A DNA stretch of 64,000 nt from Rhizodiscina lignyota (taxonomy: Eukaryota). This document shows positions 49,580-62,957 of the stretch, piece after piece (within the stretch, counting starts at the first letter, position 1; every line of letters starts with the position of its first letter). The notes under the pieces were generated by a model, which searched no databases, was not told where the DNA came from, and was given only the letters and a program-made list of their open reading frames with translations. The stretch covers positions 62,001 through 126,000 of the forward strand of contig ML978133.1 in the NCBI GenBank assembly GCA_010015805.1, written 5' to 3'. A program made the position numbers and the translations under genes.

Positions 49580-49872
49580 TCAGAAGGAGCAAGGACAGTC
49601 CACGCCATCAGCTGCGAAAAGGCACCCTTCTCCTCCGCAATCGAACCCGGTAGCCGTTTGACATTTGTGGTCGAAGCATGTTCCGTCGGCCTGCGACAAG
49701 GTTATCTGTACAATCCCTTACAGTAATTTAGCTAGATTGGATACTAGCGGATTCTGTGGAGTACCTGGCGTTCCTCGATTCTGGAAGGTACGTCGCGGTT
49801 GGTGAGGGAGGGACTGGCAACAACCACACTAGCCATTGCGAAGATGGCGGCGAAAAGCGAGATGAATTGCAT
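49580..49872 (-). CDS. Small secreted cysteine-rich protein (77 aa, 6 Cys)
   Basis: MQFISLFAAIFAMASVVVASPSLTNRDVPSRIEERQ, intron 49706-49764, then ITLSQADGTCFDHKCQTATGFDCGGEGCLFAADGVDCPCSF*. TATAAA lies ~85 bp upstream on the minus strand. Confidence 0.75.
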
Positions 49873-50727
49873 GGTGACGGAAGATTTGGTTTGATTTGCT
49901 GAAGTGAAAGCGGCTTGAACTTATTTGGCTTGGAGCGGTCCAATGGAGCTGTGCTTTATACTAAGAACGAATCCGAGTGTCGGTTAGTTGACTCTTGTCG
50001 GCAGTTCGTCTAAAGCCGGATATAGCTCCTTTACGAAGGTCTGCATAAATCGTACACCTATTGAAAAGACACATTATTAAACGTGTATATTTTCCTAATC
50101 ATCTATACATGGTAGGGCATGGGAGATTCTCAGAAGTAGTGGTAACGATGCTCAGGAACCCACGCTAAGATCTGACAAGCATAACCGTAAAAAGAAGGTA
50201 AATAGATCCCCAGACAATCGAAGGAAAGAGTTGAATACACGTGCTCTCAGGGATATAGTAGATACTTAATAATCCTTGGAATATAAGGGAATAAAAAGTA
50301 AATAGTGAAACACTATAGGCACAGGAGAATAACAGAGACATCACAACGTCACTGCCCCTTGCGAAAAGACTCGTACCGCGACTCGGATGGACGCGGCTCC
50401 GGAGATGATATGGAAACAGTGTGGATGTTGAAGGAGGGATTAAGGGATCGTGGGAATTTAACATCATAGCTGGAGTTGTCGTCGCTTTCCGGGGATGATT
50501 CCACCTGCCACGTAATGGGAGGACCGTTACGACCTGCATCATAATTAGCTTATGCTTTCAATCTTTCATACGCCGTCGGCCAATCCAAACCAATATAAAG
50601 GGGCTTCAAACCCACACATCGTCCGCCTCTATATGTTACAATTAGCATTCACTTCTTCCAAACGGCGAAGGCAAGCCATCGAAACCCCAAGACTCTGCAC
50701 AATCGCTCTTAGAATACATCATTAGCT

Positions 50728-51026
50728 ATGCGCTTTGCCATCCTCTCCACACTCTTCTTCTTGGCTACGGCCGCCCCTGCACTTGTGAGCAATTTTGTCC
50801 TTTGCGAAATGCGATCTACTCACTTTCCACCAGGCTTGCATCACCGATGGCTTCCAGGGCCCCGGTGAGTCAGGTACTGAGTGTCCCAATGGCTGCGTCT
50901 GCGCTGCGTTTGGCCAAGACCCAAGCATCAAAGGACTCGATGTACGCATTTTTCTTACATGCTCTGCTTTCTTCCTGTGCGGTACCTAAACTAATGTTAC
51001 GATAGGGTAGCTGTGTTTGCGGATAA
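50728..51026 (+). CDS. Small secreted cysteine-rich protein (61 aa, 6 Cys)
   Basis: Exons 50728-50784, 50834-50941 and 51006-51026 give MRFAILSTLFFLATAAPALACITDGFQGPGESGTECPNGCVCAAFGQDPSIKGLDGSCVCG*. TATAAA at ~50596. Confidence 0.8.
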
Positions 51027-52312
51027 AGGAATGACTTTGATGTGAATGAGCAGCTGGCCTGACTGGTTGAGAGAATTTTGATAAGTATGAGAGAAAATTG
51101 GAAGTTGTTGTAGCTCGTAAAATTCAGCTAAGCTTCGGCAAGAGAAGATTGCGATAGCACCGCATTTGTCCCAATATGGAGTCAACGCTGCCGCCTTTCC
51201 GCACTTCTCTAGCATCAGTGAGGACTCTCTTTGTGTTTGTTCAAGGAGTTGTCGTTGCCATGCGCTCTTTCTATCGGAACATGGAGATGTCGTGATGTTG
51301 GGAGAGATGAGGAAATTTCCCAGAATAGAAAAGAGGATCCTCGTGACGTGCCGAAGAGCCTCAATCCTCCATTCAGCGGCTTGCAGAAATCCTCAACGCG
51401 CTAACCTGATCGACGCGTCCGTGACGCGCAAGCAATAGAAAAACCTGGTAAAGCTATATTGACTGAACAAGTACTTTGCCGCCAGCACACAAGGTTCTAG
51501 AGTCTTTAAACATGCCAGTGATGCTAGCATGTGCTAATGCGTCCAGCAGATCGAGACATGCATGACGAGAACCCTGAACGAACAAGGGTGAGAAGTAAGG
51601 GAGAGGATCTCCATGAGCGGAAAGTCAGTCGCCCTCTGCAACCGAATTTCATGCAGCTCTTGTGCGTCTGCGCCGTCTGGAGTGCAGCTCGTCGTGATGC
51701 ACGCCCTCCGCCACCTCACGCGCCGTGCTGGCCTAGTGTGACTGGTTGACAAACAGAAATACGGATTGGTTCCAAGACCAGAACGATCCTCTTGTTTCAA
51801 AACGCCCATGGGGTCGTGGGCGCCACCACTGCTCTCGAGTTCCTTCGGAGCGTGTTGCTTCTCTGGCAACGGAAGAGTCGTTTGACACTGAGCTCGTAAA
51901 CATTGCAACGTCGGCGCATTCGACTCGACGACAGGTAAAAGTCCATTTCGGACGTTCGAAGAGACTTGAGAAGCCATGCATTTTCACGAAAGAGACGAAG
52001 ATCTCTGCAAAATTAAGTGGAGGCGTGAAGTCGATTAGGCAACGCGTCGTTCGGGTGGCGGAGCTTTGGACAGGGGAGCTGCAACCAAGCGTCCGTTAGC
52101 TGACCATAAATCCCCCCTGTTGAGCCTTCTCTTTTCAATTTCACCGTCGCGACTTTCCAGAAATCTCTTCAATCGTTATCATCGTCTCTCGCTGCTTCGC
52201 GTCTTAATCCTGTATCGTCGTTTCGCGCCAAAACTCAGTCGCTACCACTCTTCAACTTCTTGACCAACCGGAAAAGGGGTTCACCTCACAGCCGTAAACA
52301 ACAACCGCCAAA

Positions 52313-53041
52313 ATGCGCTCCGTCTTCTTCACAGCTCCCCTCTTCGCTGCCGCTGCCCTCGCGCAGTCGGGTACCGACTCTGACTCTGCTTCAGTATGAA
52401 CACATTTCCATCCACTGAATGTAACAAAGCTAACTCGTTCTAAGGATTCTCCTACAGCTACCGTGTCCTTCTCCAACACCATGACCGCGTTCACTACTCA
52501 AACCAATTCCCTCGGGGTTATTACTGGCATGCCCTCCGCCGATACATCCGTTGGCGAAGCGAATACTTCCGTCGGGGAGGCAAACACCTCTGTGGGCACT
52601 GTCCCCGCGGCCGACACCAATGTCGGACAGGCTGCGACCTCGATCGCCGCTCTGCCTCCTGGCCACACAAGCGTCAACGTCATCCCAGCCGGCCTGCCGG
52701 TCGGTCTCCAGACCGTAAGTTTCCCCATTCAAGCAGTATCCTAAGCAATTGGCTAATTGAAATGGCAATAGGTCACAATTGGTAACGGCACCTTCACGGC
52801 TTCGATCAACAAGTCCACTACTGTTGTCCTCACTACCGCATCTACCTCGTCTAGCTCCGGCTCGTCAGCGTCTGGCGCCGCTGCATCAGGAAGCGGCTCG
52901 TCGGCATCTGGCAGCTCCGGCTCATCTGCGTCCGGCTCAGGATCTGCTGCGGCATCCAGCAGCACTGGTGCCGCAGGCCAAGTGCACGTCGCTGGTGGTG
53001 CTCTTGTTGGTCTGGCTGGCTTCATTGCTGCGATGCTGTAG
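52313..53041 (+). CDS. Ser/Thr/Gly-rich GPI-anchored cell-surface protein
   Basis: Signal peptide MRSVFFTAPLFAAAALA, introns 52395-52444 and 52715-52771, ANTSVG repeats, an SG-rich stalk and hydrophobic C-terminus (GGALVGLAGFIAAML*). Confidence 0.8.
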
Positions 53042-53485
53042 ATGATGCAGTGTCACTAGGCGAGGAGTGGGAGTGCGAGACGGTTTGCATCAAAATTGGT
53101 GTTTCATATCAACGGTCCTTTTTCGGGGTTCGACGAATTTGTCCCCGGACGGAGTAATATCACGGTTTTTTTTTTTCTGGATGAAAATTGACATGCCATG
53201 TGGATCATCATAGCGAAGGGCACTTTGCATGAAGGAAATACCCCTAGTCAGGCGCTGCCGATTAGCAATTTTTAATCTTCTCTTAATAGTTAATAGCCTT
53301 CACGAAAAGTGGCGTCCAAGCTCACTCATTCTGGTAGATATAGCCTCAGGCAATGCATTATGTCTATCTGCAACGTTTTACTTTTCGTGGATCGCGTGAT
53401 GTAACCGTCTATTCAATTAACCTGATTTTCCAATCCAAATGACAACTCGATCTGACAAAATCGTCCTGCCTAAATGGGCAGTTTT

Positions 53486-55334
53486 TTAGTGAGCATTGCG
53501 TAGCTCTTTTTCAACTTCCTCAATAATCACTTTCTTAACACCTTCGGAGCCCTGTCTCCTCTCAATCTTTCGAACCCTCTTCTCAGCATCCAACATGCCA
53601 TCAAATTCCCTCGGCAGCACCTGCTCAAAGCTGAAGCCATCTTGGCCTTTCAGTGCTCTCTCCACCGCATGCGAGAACTTTGCTGGATGCGCCGTTGACA
53701 GAGAGATATAGTGTTGCTCAGCAGAGGTCGGCTGACGCACGCTCGCGGCAATGCCGACCGCGGAGTGTGGGTCGAGGATGTAGTTGCCATTCGCACCAGT
53801 CGTCCCCGTGGTGCCTTTGGCAGCCGCGCCGTTCGCTGCACCGTTCGCTGCACCGTTCGTGGATGATACAGAAGCTTGCGCTGCAGGCGGTGGTGGCCAA
53901 GAGTACACCTCGCGAATCGTCTCGATCGTCTGCTCATCGTTGACTCTCTCGCTGGCAAAGTCGCGTTTCGCTGCTTTCAGTAGTGCATCGTCCACTGCGA
54001 ACCCGTCTTTGGATTTCAAGTCGTTCAGCCACGACCGGACTTTCTCGCCTGCAATCCGTCTCTTTTCTTTAACGTCGCTGCTCTGCGCGCCATGGATCTC
54101 GTGCGCCAGAAACCAGAGCAGCCGCTCAAAGTTGGAGCTTACGAGAATGTCCATTGCCGGACTTAGTGTCTCTTTCACGCCCTCCTCATGTGCTTGCACG
54201 CCGTCCTCTTTAATTCCACCTTCAGCCTGCGGCGCGGGAACCGCATGCTTCTCGTACCGCCCCGATTGCCAGAAGCGATGCAAGATATCGTTTGAATTCG
54301 TAGCAATCAGGAGCTTCGCAACGGGCAGACCCATGCGCTTGGCGAAGTAGCCCGCGAGGATGTCACCAAAGTTACCAGTGGGAACAGTGAATGCGATCTG
54401 CGGGTTTGAGTCGGACGGTGACTGATTGGAGAGCTGCCGGAGGAGGGAGAAGTAGGAGGAGAAGTAGTACGTTATTTGCGCGAGGATGCGGGCCCAGTTT
54501 ATGGAGTTTACGGCAGCGAGACGGTGGTTTGCATTGAGAGAGGCATCGGCGAAGAGGGACTTTACGATGTCCTGATTGCCTCGAGTCAGACGTGTCCTGG
54601 AAGAATTGAGGAAGTATAAGAGCGCTACATACCTGGCAGTCGTCGAAAGTACCCTGTACAGCCAGACAATGCACATTCGCATCGGTGACCGTAGTCATTT
54701 GCGCCTCCTGTATCGGACTTACTTTCCCGTACGGGAATGTAATAAAGACGGAGACATCCTTCTTCCCTCTCAATCCATATATGGCTGCAGAGCCTGTATC
54801 TCCACTGGTAGCACCAATGACCGTCAACTGCTCTCTCTCCTTGCCCGTCTTCCCCTCGTTCCGCCGCACGAGGAAGTATTCGAATAGGTTTCCGAGAAAC
54901 TGCAGCGCGACATCTTTGAATGCAAACGTCGGACCGTGGAAGAGCTCAAGTAGGTGGATGTTTCGCTTCGAATCGAGCGTTACTATTGGTGTGACCTGCG
55001 GCGTGCGGAAGGTCGAATAGCTGCGTTGGATGATGCCTCGAAGGTCTTGCGGTGGGATTTCGGAGGGCGAGATGTAGAGGGAGAAGATTTCAAAGGCCAG
55101 CTCTTGGAAGGAGAGGTCTTTCCATTTGTCGTGCCAGTCGGCTGGGAGGGAAGGAATATCTTCTGGGATGAAGAGCCCTCCGTCTGATGCTAGCCCTTTG
55201 AGCACAACTTCCTCGAAGGAGAGCTACGAATTGTCAGTTTGTGGGTTCGATTGTCTTGCTTTAGGTATATGGCATACGTCGTACGATCCTCCTCGGGTGC
55301 TCAGGTATTTCTGCGATGCTGTATGCGAGGCCAT
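53486..55334 (-). CDS. THR4: Threonine synthase
   Basis: YLSTRG, GLASDGGLFIP, PLP-lysine motif FHGPTFAFKDVALQ, ATSGDTGSAA, NSINWARI, VPTGNFGD and STAHPAKF. Introns 55224-55277 and 54572-54632. Confidence 0.96.
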
Positions 55335-56161
55335 TGTAGCTCAATTGCTTAAGTTTGCAAGGGGAGACTCAAATGTTTGCAGTCAGAAAATTGGCGGAGA
55401 GCGAAAGCGGCGACAGGGTCCAGACTGTGGGGCAGAAGCGACTGTAGGTGGCCTTACGGAACACGTTAGTGGCTGAAAATACAACCCAACCTTAGAATTT
55501 AGACTTTGTACTTAGCAAGATTCAATACCAGCATATAGCACCTCTTCGCAAGAATCACTCTATCAGCGAGCTCAAAGGTGAAGGGTGCCGCTCCGTAATA
55601 CATCTTCCTGCGCAGTTTCACAAGTGGAAGAGAGTCTTCCTCTACTTGTTGAACATACATCATCTCACTGTAGAAGCCGCCCCAATCCTAAGTCTGGCTA
55701 GAGTTTACTACTTTCTATGCGAGCGTCGATGTGTAATTCACGTAGTTTATCTCAAACCTGTACTTTCACATCTCTATATTTTCATCGAGATAGTTTGCCT
55801 CAAGCTTGGACGGACAGGCCTCGCATAGCCACTCACGTCTCCTACCACCGATCATGTAGCTCTTTTATTTAGCCAACACCAGCAAATTAGCTGACAAGCT
55901 CTAGCTTTCTCTTCTTTTCAACACACCTACCGTTCAACACACTGCTAAAGCCGCAAGATACATCGCATCACTTCCTTCAACACTCACACTCTTAAGTATA
56001 GGTCACTCAAGCGTCTAACACGTAGTGTAGTTTCACACATGAACACCCTCTAACACACACGAAGGCTATAGAAGTTCGCTGACTTTTCCATCGACGTCCT
56101 CTTCGCAACAAACTCTTCTCACAGCACCTTGATCAGGGCGCTCTCCGGGAACGAATCCAAC

Positions 56162-56929
56162 ATGGAGACACAGTGAGTGCATGCTGAAAGCCGAAGAAAG
56201 TGTGTTGGCTAACGGGGACAAATCTTCAACAGAAACACCGCTAGGATGCGAAAGTTCGAGTTCCTTGCACTTCCAGGAGAGATCCGAAACATGATATACG
56301 AACTGCTTCTCGTCGATTCTGCGCCCATTGAATTATACTACAGAAAGGTCGCTCGTGACGATGGTCGTCGTCGTCGCTGGTTTCCGGGAACCTTCAATTC
56401 CTCCTACTGTTCGGTTTCGATCCTTGGAACCTGCAAGCAGATCAATCGAGAAGCTAGCTCTCTCTTCTACAGCAGGAACGTCTTCTGCCTTCAAGTATAC
56501 GACTCCTATAGCGATTGGTTCGACGCATCAAAACCCAAGTTGAAAGGCACTTTGATCACCAAGCTCGACAAGCTATTCCTGTTTATCGACGGAGATTATC
56601 TATCTTCCGACTTTAATGCTTGGATAGAGAGGAGGACGAAGTTAAGGAAACACGCACACTTCTTTCACGTGATGAAAAACCTCGAGCAACTACATATTTC
56701 CGTGGTGAAAATGGGTTCTGAGCTGCCCGGCCCGAACGAGAAGCTGGCTCGTCAACAAGGAGCCAAAAGCTTGATGAGTTGGCTCATGCAGAGCATTCCG
56801 AGCCACATCAACATCAATTGGACGGACATCGAGGAGTCTCCACTGAAGAAGCGGCCATTTACATACAACTACATTGACCAGGAAACCCTCGAAGAAGCCG
56901 CAAAGGAGTTTGACGGGCTTCGTAAGTGA
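56162..56929 (+). CDS. F-box-like (LPGEIRNxIY) protein, paralog 2
   Basis: Phase-2 intron 56173-56232, FEFLALPGEIRNMIYELLL and ILGTCKQINREASSLFYSRNVF. The start codon is uncertain. Confidence 0.72.
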
Positions 56930-57708
56930 AAGACCTCGCACGGTAGCTTCAAGTGGCACATTATCGACCGCGATCTCTCTGTTTGTCAGTCAAGGACGGT
57001 ACAGCTTTTCCTGACAAATTCGGCCAGGACATTCAGAGGAAGGTGCCGCTGGAATGCCCTCTCAAGCAATCATATCGCCTGGGAACAACTACAACACAAT
57101 TCTCTTCTCCAAGGGCACTATGTCTCGTCCAAAAGAACTTCGGTGGATTTCTCTCCTCACTCAGGAAGCAGTATGGCTGGCGTAGTACGACTGGGTGAAG
57201 GGTCCGGCAGCAATGGCGCAAAAAATTTCGAAGGGCTCGGTAATGAACACCTCAATTGCACAACACTCCAAAATGTCATGCTTTCATATGCCCCTCTTTC
57301 AGGTTCATTGGAGCACCTAGCAGCACAAATTAAATGATACAAATGGATTGGAAGTTAAAAGTCTAAAGGCAATAAAATAGATCTCAACTCCCATGATGTG
57401 TTCTTTCCAGTCCGCACGCGGCAATGATGACATATGAACATGAACCAGGAGATGCTGTGATTTTACAATACAGAAAGCGTCTATCAAGTGACCAGAAGAG
57501 CTGATACTTCTATCATGTCTGAAGCGACACGCAAAGTTCAATTCAATATGTTTCAGACTGTATTTGTCAAGCACGTACAGCTTCATTGCCGTTAACTTTA
57601 TTCACTGGAGAGCGATATATGTCAGCAGTTCGGCATACCGTAGTTGTGACTCCACGCTTCTGTTAATCTCAATGACCATTCCGAGCCAGCTTCGAGAATC
57701 GAGACCCA

Positions 57709-58566
57709 TTACTTATGAAGTTTGTCAAATTCCTTTACTACATCTGGTGTATGGTGTGGGTCACCGTAAAAGTAGTATCCTCCGAAGAAAAACCAAGGCG
57801 TCAGAGACTCTTCGTGGTCGATCCATTTGACACTGCTTTGGGGCAGAATGTTCTCCCTGAGCCACATCTTGATCTCCGGAAAATCGGACCAGTTCCCTAC
57901 TCCTCCTATCATGCATATGGATAGATTCAACTGCTTCAGCTCTTTCATCACGGCGAAGAAGGCAGAAGATTTCCTCATCTTCTGCCTGGTTCTTATCCAT
58001 GCGGTGATGAACCCATTCAACCCGAGTTCACGTGTGCAACCGATCCCGTCCACAAGCAGGAACAGTTTCTCGACCTTTGGAATTAGACTCCTCTTTAATA
58101 CAGCGGCCGGTGCGTCAAACCATCCGTCAAACTGGTCGTTCACTATAAGGGTGAACACATTCGTGCCATAAAGGAAATGACTCGCTTCTTTATTAATCTG
58201 GCGGCAAGTTCGAAGCACCTGAACGTAGAGCTTGCCGTAGGTGAAGATCTGGCGATCGGCGCGGGGAATCATCTTGCCTCGATATTTTCGTGGTCGGCTC
58301 AATTTGCAAAGGCTGTGCAACTCAATCGGCCCAGAAGTATCGACAAGGAGAAGCTCATATATTTTGTTTCGAATCTCTCCTGGAAGTGCAAGGAACTCGA
58401 ATCTCCTCAAGCGAGCATTGTGGCTAAAGAAATAGTTAGTTAGCAGCACCCTCTTCCGGTAGTTGATTCTTACTCACCGCCGTTCTGCTATGGCGTCAGG
58501 ATCTTGTTTCCGCGCTCCAGCAGTGTCTAAGGCTGTTGTCTCTACTACTTCTTGAAACTCTGTCAT
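57709..58566 (-). CDS. F-box-like (LPGEIRNxIY) protein, paralog 3
   Basis: ATG at 58566, phase-2 intron 58424-58477, FEFLALPGEIRNKIYELLL and VLRTCRQINKEASHFLYGTNVF. Confidence 0.75.
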
Positions 58567-59187
58567 ATTGAGCTTATTGTTGCTTTATTTTATTTTATAT
58601 TTTTTTAGGGTAGTGTATGAGTGTTGTTGTCTGCGCGACTGGAGATGTTGCAACCGAGAAGGTGAGAGCTTGGAGCAAATTGGCTCTAAAAAAAATGTGG
58701 AGTAGAGCTTGCACTTTTATTGAAGTCAAACGATCTTAACAAACACACCGAAAGGTAAGTTAAGGGGTATTGAACTTTCAGTAACACTCTTGCTTGGGTT
58801 GAAGAACGAAACTCTTTTGCGTTGCGCGCTTTTCATCTAACCTGATCTGATGCGCTAACTGTTTCACTCTCCAACTAAGGCTATATAAACATCACCGATT
58901 TGCTTTTTGAACGTCTCCGAGGTGTTGCAGGAATATTCTACTTGCAGGTTATTACAAATTAGTTTTTGGTCTCCGCTCCTCCTTCCAAGTACTAAAAGCA
59001 GCAGCCCCTGAAGAAACGAAAAGGCATCAGAAGGCCTCCGACGTAGTCAATCCGCTTGACACTGCTATGCTGCAGAATGTTCTCGCATCCTGGGCTCTGG
59101 AAACCGGTTCCCCTTCTCCCAGGCTCAGAAAACTAACACATCTTGTGGTGCTGCCCGCAAGAATAATCTGAATGACTGCTATATACC

Positions 59188-61184
59188 TCAGTTGTTCCCA
59201 CCATACAACTGTGGGTGGTCGGACTTTATCATATCCGCGCCCTTCTCTGCAACCATATAGACGTCATTTTGAATACGACAGTCTGGGATAACAGGGAAGA
59301 TCGAAGCGTCAATCACACGCAGAGACTTTACACCGTGAACATTTAGACCGCTATCAACCACTCCCTGATCAATGTCTCTGGATAAGCGACACGTTCCACA
59401 TGGGTCTGTAAAAGCCATTAGTGAGGGGCATGTCGATTTATGGAAAACAGAGATATCATCTTGCAGCTCCGGTGGACTTACGGAACCCAGTTTGCGAGCG
59501 CTCCAAAATCATCTTGATCATAGCCTCATCCGAGTTGCGTGGCATAGCCCATGGATAATCTTCACCAATGATATCTTTCATGCCGTCTCCGGTCCTGAGT
59601 ATATCATCGACCCACCGAACTCCTTCGCGAAGAGCGATAAGATCAAGAGCATTAGAGAAGAATCTGCGGTTGATTTCTGGCTGCTCTAGAGGATCCCTTG
59701 ATCTGAGCTTGACGTAACCATCCCGAGATAGCGGACGCATGAGATCCACGATCACGGTCAGCCAGTCGCCTTCTGGAGGAGTGGGAAAATGCCACTGAAA
59801 CGGGGCGGAGTACATTGGCTGGGCTATATCAGCATTCGACGAGCAGTTTACTGATAGCGAGTACCACTTACCACAAAGTCTACCTCAAAATGCGGTTGAC
59901 CAACTGGACCGAATGGGTCAACACCACCGTTTTCCTCCACGTATTGAACATATTGCTTTGAGGTCTTAAATTGCTCATCGCAGCGTGGAAAAGCAACGAG
60001 CTCCAACAGACCACTGCTGAGCGGGCCTTCCTTAGCCCGTTGATATGCATCCACAGCAGCGTCTCTCTGCAGTCCGGGGCGGAGGATGTGGCTGTCGAGG
60101 CCGTAACCATCCTTCAAGCGAAAAACGTGTGCCAGTATAGGATGGTCAAGCAGGTTTTGGCCTACGTGTTCTGACTTGACGCGAACGTCAATCTTGTGCT
60201 CGTTTAGCTGGCCTTCGGGACCAATGCCGGATAGAAGGAGAAGCTTCGGGCTTTCGTACACGCCTAAAGAAACAATAGTTTCATGCTTGGAGCTGAAAGT
60301 GTAGTCACGACCGTCTGGTCCCATGACTGTAACGCCAATAGCACGGTCTCCTTCGAAATTGAGATGCTTAGCATATGTCAATGGCATCACGGTAACATTA
60401 TCTCTTCCCTCAAGGAAGACAGACGCATTAGAGCGGACTCCATTGTAGATAGTGCTTATACATTTGAACAGACCGCTTTGAGTACCGGAATAAACGTCGC
60501 TGCTGAGGTTGTGTCCTTTGCTGACCCAGGCCTGTTCCAGTGCATCCCGGAAAGGTTTGAGCTCCGGCACGAGTTCGGCATGAGCAAGATGTAGTGGGCC
60601 GTTGCGGCCAATGTCCTTCACATCTGGGTACAAGTTGTCCTCGTCGTGGTATGTGGCCGGCTAGACATTCTTAGATTGACGAGAGAGACACCGGCCGGAT
60701 CTACTTACCTTTTCGAAGTATTCCTTACAGTTTTCCCAGTTCCAAGTGCCACCGCCGTACTCCGCCCAATCATCAATCGTCGCTTTGCTACCTCGCACCC
60801 AGGTATAGTAATTCCCACAACTACTCCCACCAAGTGCTTTGCCTCTTGTATCCGGCTTCTCAACGCGAGTGTACTCAGGACGGTCGATCATGGTCGCCTT
60901 GTAGCCCCAGTCATATTTGCTTCCGCGCAGTTCAAAGGCTTGGGCGGGGGTTGAAATCATATCGATCTCATTCGAGTTGTGCGGCCCAGCCTCAATAACG
61001 AGGACCGTGACCTTGGGATTCTCTGCAAGTCGCCCCGCCACGGTACAACCGGCGGTGCCTCCTGCAACACCAATTCAGCCATGTCGTACCGCTCCAGCTC
61101 GAGAATAAGGGAAACTGTACCCCCAACGACAATAAAGTCGAACTCGGAGGAGGCCTTTTGCGGAACGGTTGCAACGTGAACCAT
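59188..61184 (-). CDS. GMC oxidoreductase (choline dehydrogenase/glucose oxidase superfamily)
   Basis: FDFIVVGGGTAG FAD motif after splicing, RGKALGGSS, SPKLLLLSGIGP, VGQNLLDH, spliced FHPCGT and LRVIDASIFP. Four short introns. Confidence 0.92.
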
Positions 61185-62957
61185 TATGAGGATAGATGGT
61201 TAGTTGAGAGGAGCTGATCTGTGCTTTGATGACTTCGTTGTCTTCGCTGATATTGTAACAAGATACTTTCCAAGTATCATATTAGATAGTTATCCGACAT
61301 TGTTTCTTTCTCATGACCTGCTCTTACATCATAACTATTCCTTGTTCTTAGACGACTCTACCGTAGATAGTGGATAAGATGCCTTGTTCGGAAGCCATTC
61401 CAAATATGTGGACACAGAGCAGAAACAGCATGATTACATCATGTTGTGACAATGAGCATTGGCTACCCTTTCGTAATCTACCATGGAGAATGGCACAGGA
61501 AATGTATGTCCGATCGCTTGTAACCCTGGTTTTCGAACTGCAAAACTGCTATTAGGGTAATAGTGACGCTGAGGCGGAAAGAAAGACTCTGTCAAACCAT
61601 GTCCATAGCGTCACTAGCGCGAGCATTGGCATTCGTTGTAATAGCATTCCTTTCTTTCACGGAGACCTTCTCTTTTCAATTAATCCATGCTATTTGCTTC
61701 TCGGTGCTATTTCTGTGTTTCGACACTTCATATACAATGTGGTTTTTGAAGTAGCGCTATGAGTACTTCGCTATTCCTTCACCTCTTCCCTTTCGTTCTG
61801 TGGGCCCCAAGATCCCTGCCTATCAGCCCTTGCTCCTAGACCATTCTTTCCGCCCTTAACCTCTCTTTGGCCACCGAACCGTGTCTTGCGGGTCAGGTTG
61901 CTTCGCGGCTGCGTATCGCCGATCTTGTTTTCATCCTTGGAAGCGTTCGATTGAGGATCTTTACCGGGTCGTTCACATCGAGACTTCTCTACCAGCAAAT
62001 CCGGCTAAAAAGTTTTGGCGAACTTGGAGCTTCCCGTTTCATATGTGTAGCAAGCATTGTGAGGGCACAGAGAGGGATCGACGGTTGCCCGATATGGTTC
62101 GTGAAGGCACAAATTGACCAGGTCCAATAAACCGACGACGGGGAGGCTTCATTCAACATCTCTGCGTGGCGGTCATGACCAGCTTGCTGGCTAGCCAGTC
62201 ATCATGGCGGACTATCAATGGAACAATGGCTGGAGTACTGTGACGGCGCATGTACGTTTCGTAGTCAACGCACGTCGACTAGATAAGATTTTTATTGTTA
62301 GTCATTTCACCATACGACGTGCATTTCATCCTGCAAAATTTTCTCCAAGCTACCTATTCCTACCTACCTCTACCGTTCCAATGGCGCGTTGGGGGTTTCT
62401 GTCGCCTTTGGCGGCTCCGTCCTGATCATGGCCTACCTCTCAACAACTTTACACACAAACTTCACTTGCACTGGATTGAACGATCATGTTTTCATAGCTC
62501 CTTCTTCCAAGTACCAAAAAACAACAAAAGGAATTTATCATACACCGTAAGTGTTGCATGCAGCTCACCACCAGTCAAGAAAGCAAAATGACAAAAGAAC
62601 ATGAGGGATCTCGGATTGCCCATGATGCGGTTTTCTCGTCAGTCCGGTCCAGCAGCCATGAGCATGAATATGAACGAACCATGTATGCTATGTGATTTGT
62701 GCGAATACGAGAGCCATAACACAAGAGAGAAATTGAAAGAATAAGATTCAGCTTGCTTTAGCTTCGCTCATGTGCTTGCGCTTCAACTCAACTGATCCCG
62801 TATCAAGAAAAGAATCCACCAGCAGCGCCTCTGGAAAACCGCCGCTGATGAATAAGTTTCAAAACTCTCTTCCTGCCATTAGCCGGCCCGATTCCATCAT
62901 CGTTTTTCTTCCAGGTCAACCTCACCGCTTCGGCTTCCAAACGTCCAACAACCCCCC

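Noticed and set aside
29500..51100. Starship or other large mobile element carrying the NLR, GT8 and orphan genes
   Set aside because: No DUF3435 tyrosine recombinase, transposase or terminal repeats are visible, and core genes (tRNA, uS11m, TIM44) interrupt the region.
59188..59418. GMC enzyme lacking the catalytic His (ORF track reads FTDPCG)
   Set aside because: Splicing across the last intron restores FHPCG.
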